This document shows positions 32,315 to 34,764 of a stretch of DNA of 34,764 bases, piece after piece. The stretch lies in assembly GCA_013115125.1 (NCBI GenBank), contig JABANN010000368.1:1-34764 (forward strand), in the 5' to 3' direction. The position numbers and the translations under genes were made by a program. The notes below the pieces were generated by a model. The model was not told the DNA's origin. It made no database searches and worked only from the letters and a program-made list of their open reading frames with translations. The stretch is from Perkinsus olseni. Taxonomy: Eukaryota. Each line of letters begins with the position of its first letter. Within the stretch, counting starts at the first letter, position 1.

Positions 32315-33880
32315 ATGGTAACATCAGGCCTCTTCATCGTCACCGCGCTCCTCTCCGTTCGGACCTGGGCTTGGTATGCCACTCAATGCTCACTAAAGGT
32401 TTTTCACGTCCTCTTTTAGGACCTCCGAAATCCCGGTAAGACCGGGTATGACTTGGGAAGAACAAGCGTCCTACCTCGCCTACCATGACCGCTGCGATCT
32501 TGGAACCACTGCTTCTGTGAAGATAATGATAAGACCGAGGAGCTATGTCATCACCAATTGCCACCACAAGGGCTTCAACTCCTTCCGGACCATCAGCTAC
32601 GTTCCCAAGGATCTGAACATCCCCGGCCCTCACAACAAGGAGTGGTGCATTCGATACTTCCGCGCCGTCGGATTCCTTCCAGGAAAGTCACTTGATTGGG
32701 CCAGGAAGACGATGTGTGATGCCAACTATTGTAAGTCGTGAGGGTCCCTTCTCCTCGCTCTTCAAACAGTTCATAGAGGGCACACTATTTGAGCTTAAGG
32801 ACGCAGTAACTGGGTCCTAGTTGAAGTTGTCACTTTGTGGCAGTCCGCTCTGGGAAATGGAAACAACAAGACGAGGAACAAACCCGTAAGACTGTGGCCA
32901 ATGGGGGCTCTGAGGAGTCCTCAAAAGGTGAGATTCTCAGCAGATTTTTCCCCTCTTCGTACGACGCCGACTTTTGCCGACAGGTCCGCGCCCGAACCAC
33001 GAAAAGAGACCGACTCAAGGACCGAGTGACAGCAATAACAGCGGGGAACGGGGAGGTATAGAGAATAGGCTTCTCCCGAATAACAACGAAGTGCGAAGTG
33101 CAGAGACAACAACGGCAAAGACAACAACAACAACAACAACAACGACTACTACCACGACCACTACCACAACAACAACTCAGTATGTGACTTGAAGTTACCA
33201 GAGGTCCTCTGCGCCGTAGTTCAGGTCTTCAGAGAAGCCCGTCGTGAAGTGGGAGGATCAAGCATCCTATTATGCTTACCATGACCGTTGCGATCTCGGG
33301 ACGACTGAGACCGTGAAGATAATGATAAGACCCAGGAATTATGTCATGACCAATTGCGACCGCAAAGGCTTCAACTCCTTCCGGACCATAAACTACGTTC
33401 CCAAAGACGTTAACATCCCCGGCCCTCACAACAAGGAATGGTGCATTCGATACTTCCGCGCGGTCGGATTCCTTCCGGGCGAGTCCCTTGACTGGGCCAG
33501 GAAAACTATGTGCGACGCTGACTATTGTAAGGCGCGATACTCCGCTTCTTCCCCTCCTATCAAGATAGCAACAATCGAGCAACTATCTGTATGACCATGC
33601 AAGCTCTGTGAGGATGGTCTTTACTTCTCAGTCCGATCGGAAAAATGGAAAGAGCAAGGGGAAGATCGATCCGGCGAGAGTGTCGTGAATGGAGGGTCTG
33701 ACGAGTCCTCAGAAGGTAAAGTTCTGAGTCGAATGTGCTTGTATGAGGACAATCTCGGTCAGTTTCGAGCACGCAACCACCGGCTGAAACAGATGACGGC
33801 ACCAATAACAGTGGAGGCAGGAGGGTCCCAGAGACGAGACCGCTTCCGAATGCTGAGCGACTGTCTACTACAACGACCGT

Positions 33881-33955
<75 letters not shown>

Positions 33956-34696
33956 GACTACTACTACCACGACCACTACCACAACAACAACTCAGTATGT
34001 GACTTGAAGTTACCAGAGGTCCTCTACGCCGTTTGCTCAGGCCTTCAGAGAAGCCCGTCGTGAAGTGGGAGGATCAAGCATCCTATTATGCTTACCATGA
34101 CCGTTGCGATCTCGGTACGACTGAGACCGTGAAGATAATGATAAGACCCAGGAATTATGTCATCACCAATTGCGACCGCAAAGGCTTCAACTCCTTCCGG
34201 ACCATAAACTACGTTCCCAATGACGTTAACATACCCGGCCCTCACAACAAGGAGTGGTGCATTCGATACTTCCGCGCGGTCGGATTCCTTCCGGGCGAGT
34301 CCCTTGACTGGGCCAGGAAAACTATGTGCGACGCTGACTATTGTAAGGCGCGATAGCCCGCTTCTTCCCCTCCTATCAAGATAGCAACAATCGAGCAACT
34401 ATCTGTATAACCATGCAAGCTCTGTTAGGATGGTCTTTACTTCTCAGTCCGATCGGAGAAATGGAAAGAGCAAGAGGAAGATCGATCCGGCGAGAGTGCC
34501 GTGAATGGAGGGTCTGACGAGTCCTCAGAAGGTAAAGTTCTGAGTCGAATGTGCTTGTATGAGGGCAATCTCGGTCAGTTTCGAGCACGCAACCGCCGGC
34601 TGAAACAGATGACGGCACCAATAACAGTGGAGGCAGGAGGGTCCCAGAGACGAGACCGCTTCCGAACGTTGAGCGACCATCTACTACAACGACCGC

Positions 34697-34764
<68 letters not shown>
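32315..34764 (+). CDS. Secreted modular mucin-like protein: signal peptide plus at least 3 x [~95-aa 4-Cys domain, acidic linker, poly-Thr]; partial at the window end
   Basis: Exons 32315-32373, 32420-32730, 32844-32927, 32984-33179, 33225-33526, 33632-33715, 33763-33994, 34041-34342, 34448-34531 and 34579-end. All introns are GT-AG and keep one open frame. The N-terminus is MVTSGLFIVTALLSVRTWA. Confidence 0.88.
33121..33177 (+). repeat. (ACA/ACN)n coding microsatellite, 19 Thr
   Basis: Read directly from the sequence. Confidence 0.95.
33882..33992 (+). repeat. (ACA/ACN)n coding microsatellite, 37 Thr
   Basis: Read directly from the sequence. Confidence 0.95.
34698..34764 (+). repeat. (ACA)n coding microsatellite, at least 22 Thr, truncated by the window
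   Basis: Read directly from the sequence. Confidence 0.95.

Larger units (their letters stand above)
32420..34764 (+). repeat. Tandem ~805-816 bp three-exon repeat unit, at least 3 copies
   Basis: Units start at 32420, 33225 and 34041. Units 2 and 3 are near-identical including their introns; unit 1 is more diverged. Confidence 0.92.

Noticed and set aside
33560-33982. Poly-Val ORF on the minus strand
   Set aside because: It is the antisense reading of the poly-Thr (ACA)n exon.
32420-34764. CRISPR-like or telomeric interpretation of the terminal repeats
   Set aside because: The units are ~810-bp coding cassettes with introns. There is no repeat-spacer pattern and ACA is in-frame Thr.

Overview
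Eukaryotic nuclear DNA of about 50% GC with short GT-AG introns, mostly 43-56 nt. The architecture resembles perkinsid alveolates such as Perkinsus; this is an inference, not a database result. From ~3.5 to 26.1 kb lies a head-to-tail, minus-strand array of one intronless gene family of ~340-360 aa. Each member has a short N-terminal helical motif (RRxAxCLRLxAL...LLWxxWSFL, resembling a truncated F-box) followed by a probable beta-propeller. I count 7 intact close paralogs, 1 intact distant paralog, 3 copies with a frameshift or stop, and 5 relics. The array also contains an internal segmental duplication, a ~1 kb TA-inserted TIR element whose empty site survives in the paralogous block, one mosaic copy and a ~180-nt hairpin-rich segment. 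A spliced gene for a secreted protein lies left of the array. Right of ~26.5 kb the genes switch to the plus strand: a multi-exon hypothetical gene, a long coiled-coil gene, and a secreted modular mucin-like gene built from a repeated 3-exon cassette (4-Cys domain plus poly-Thr) that runs off the window end.
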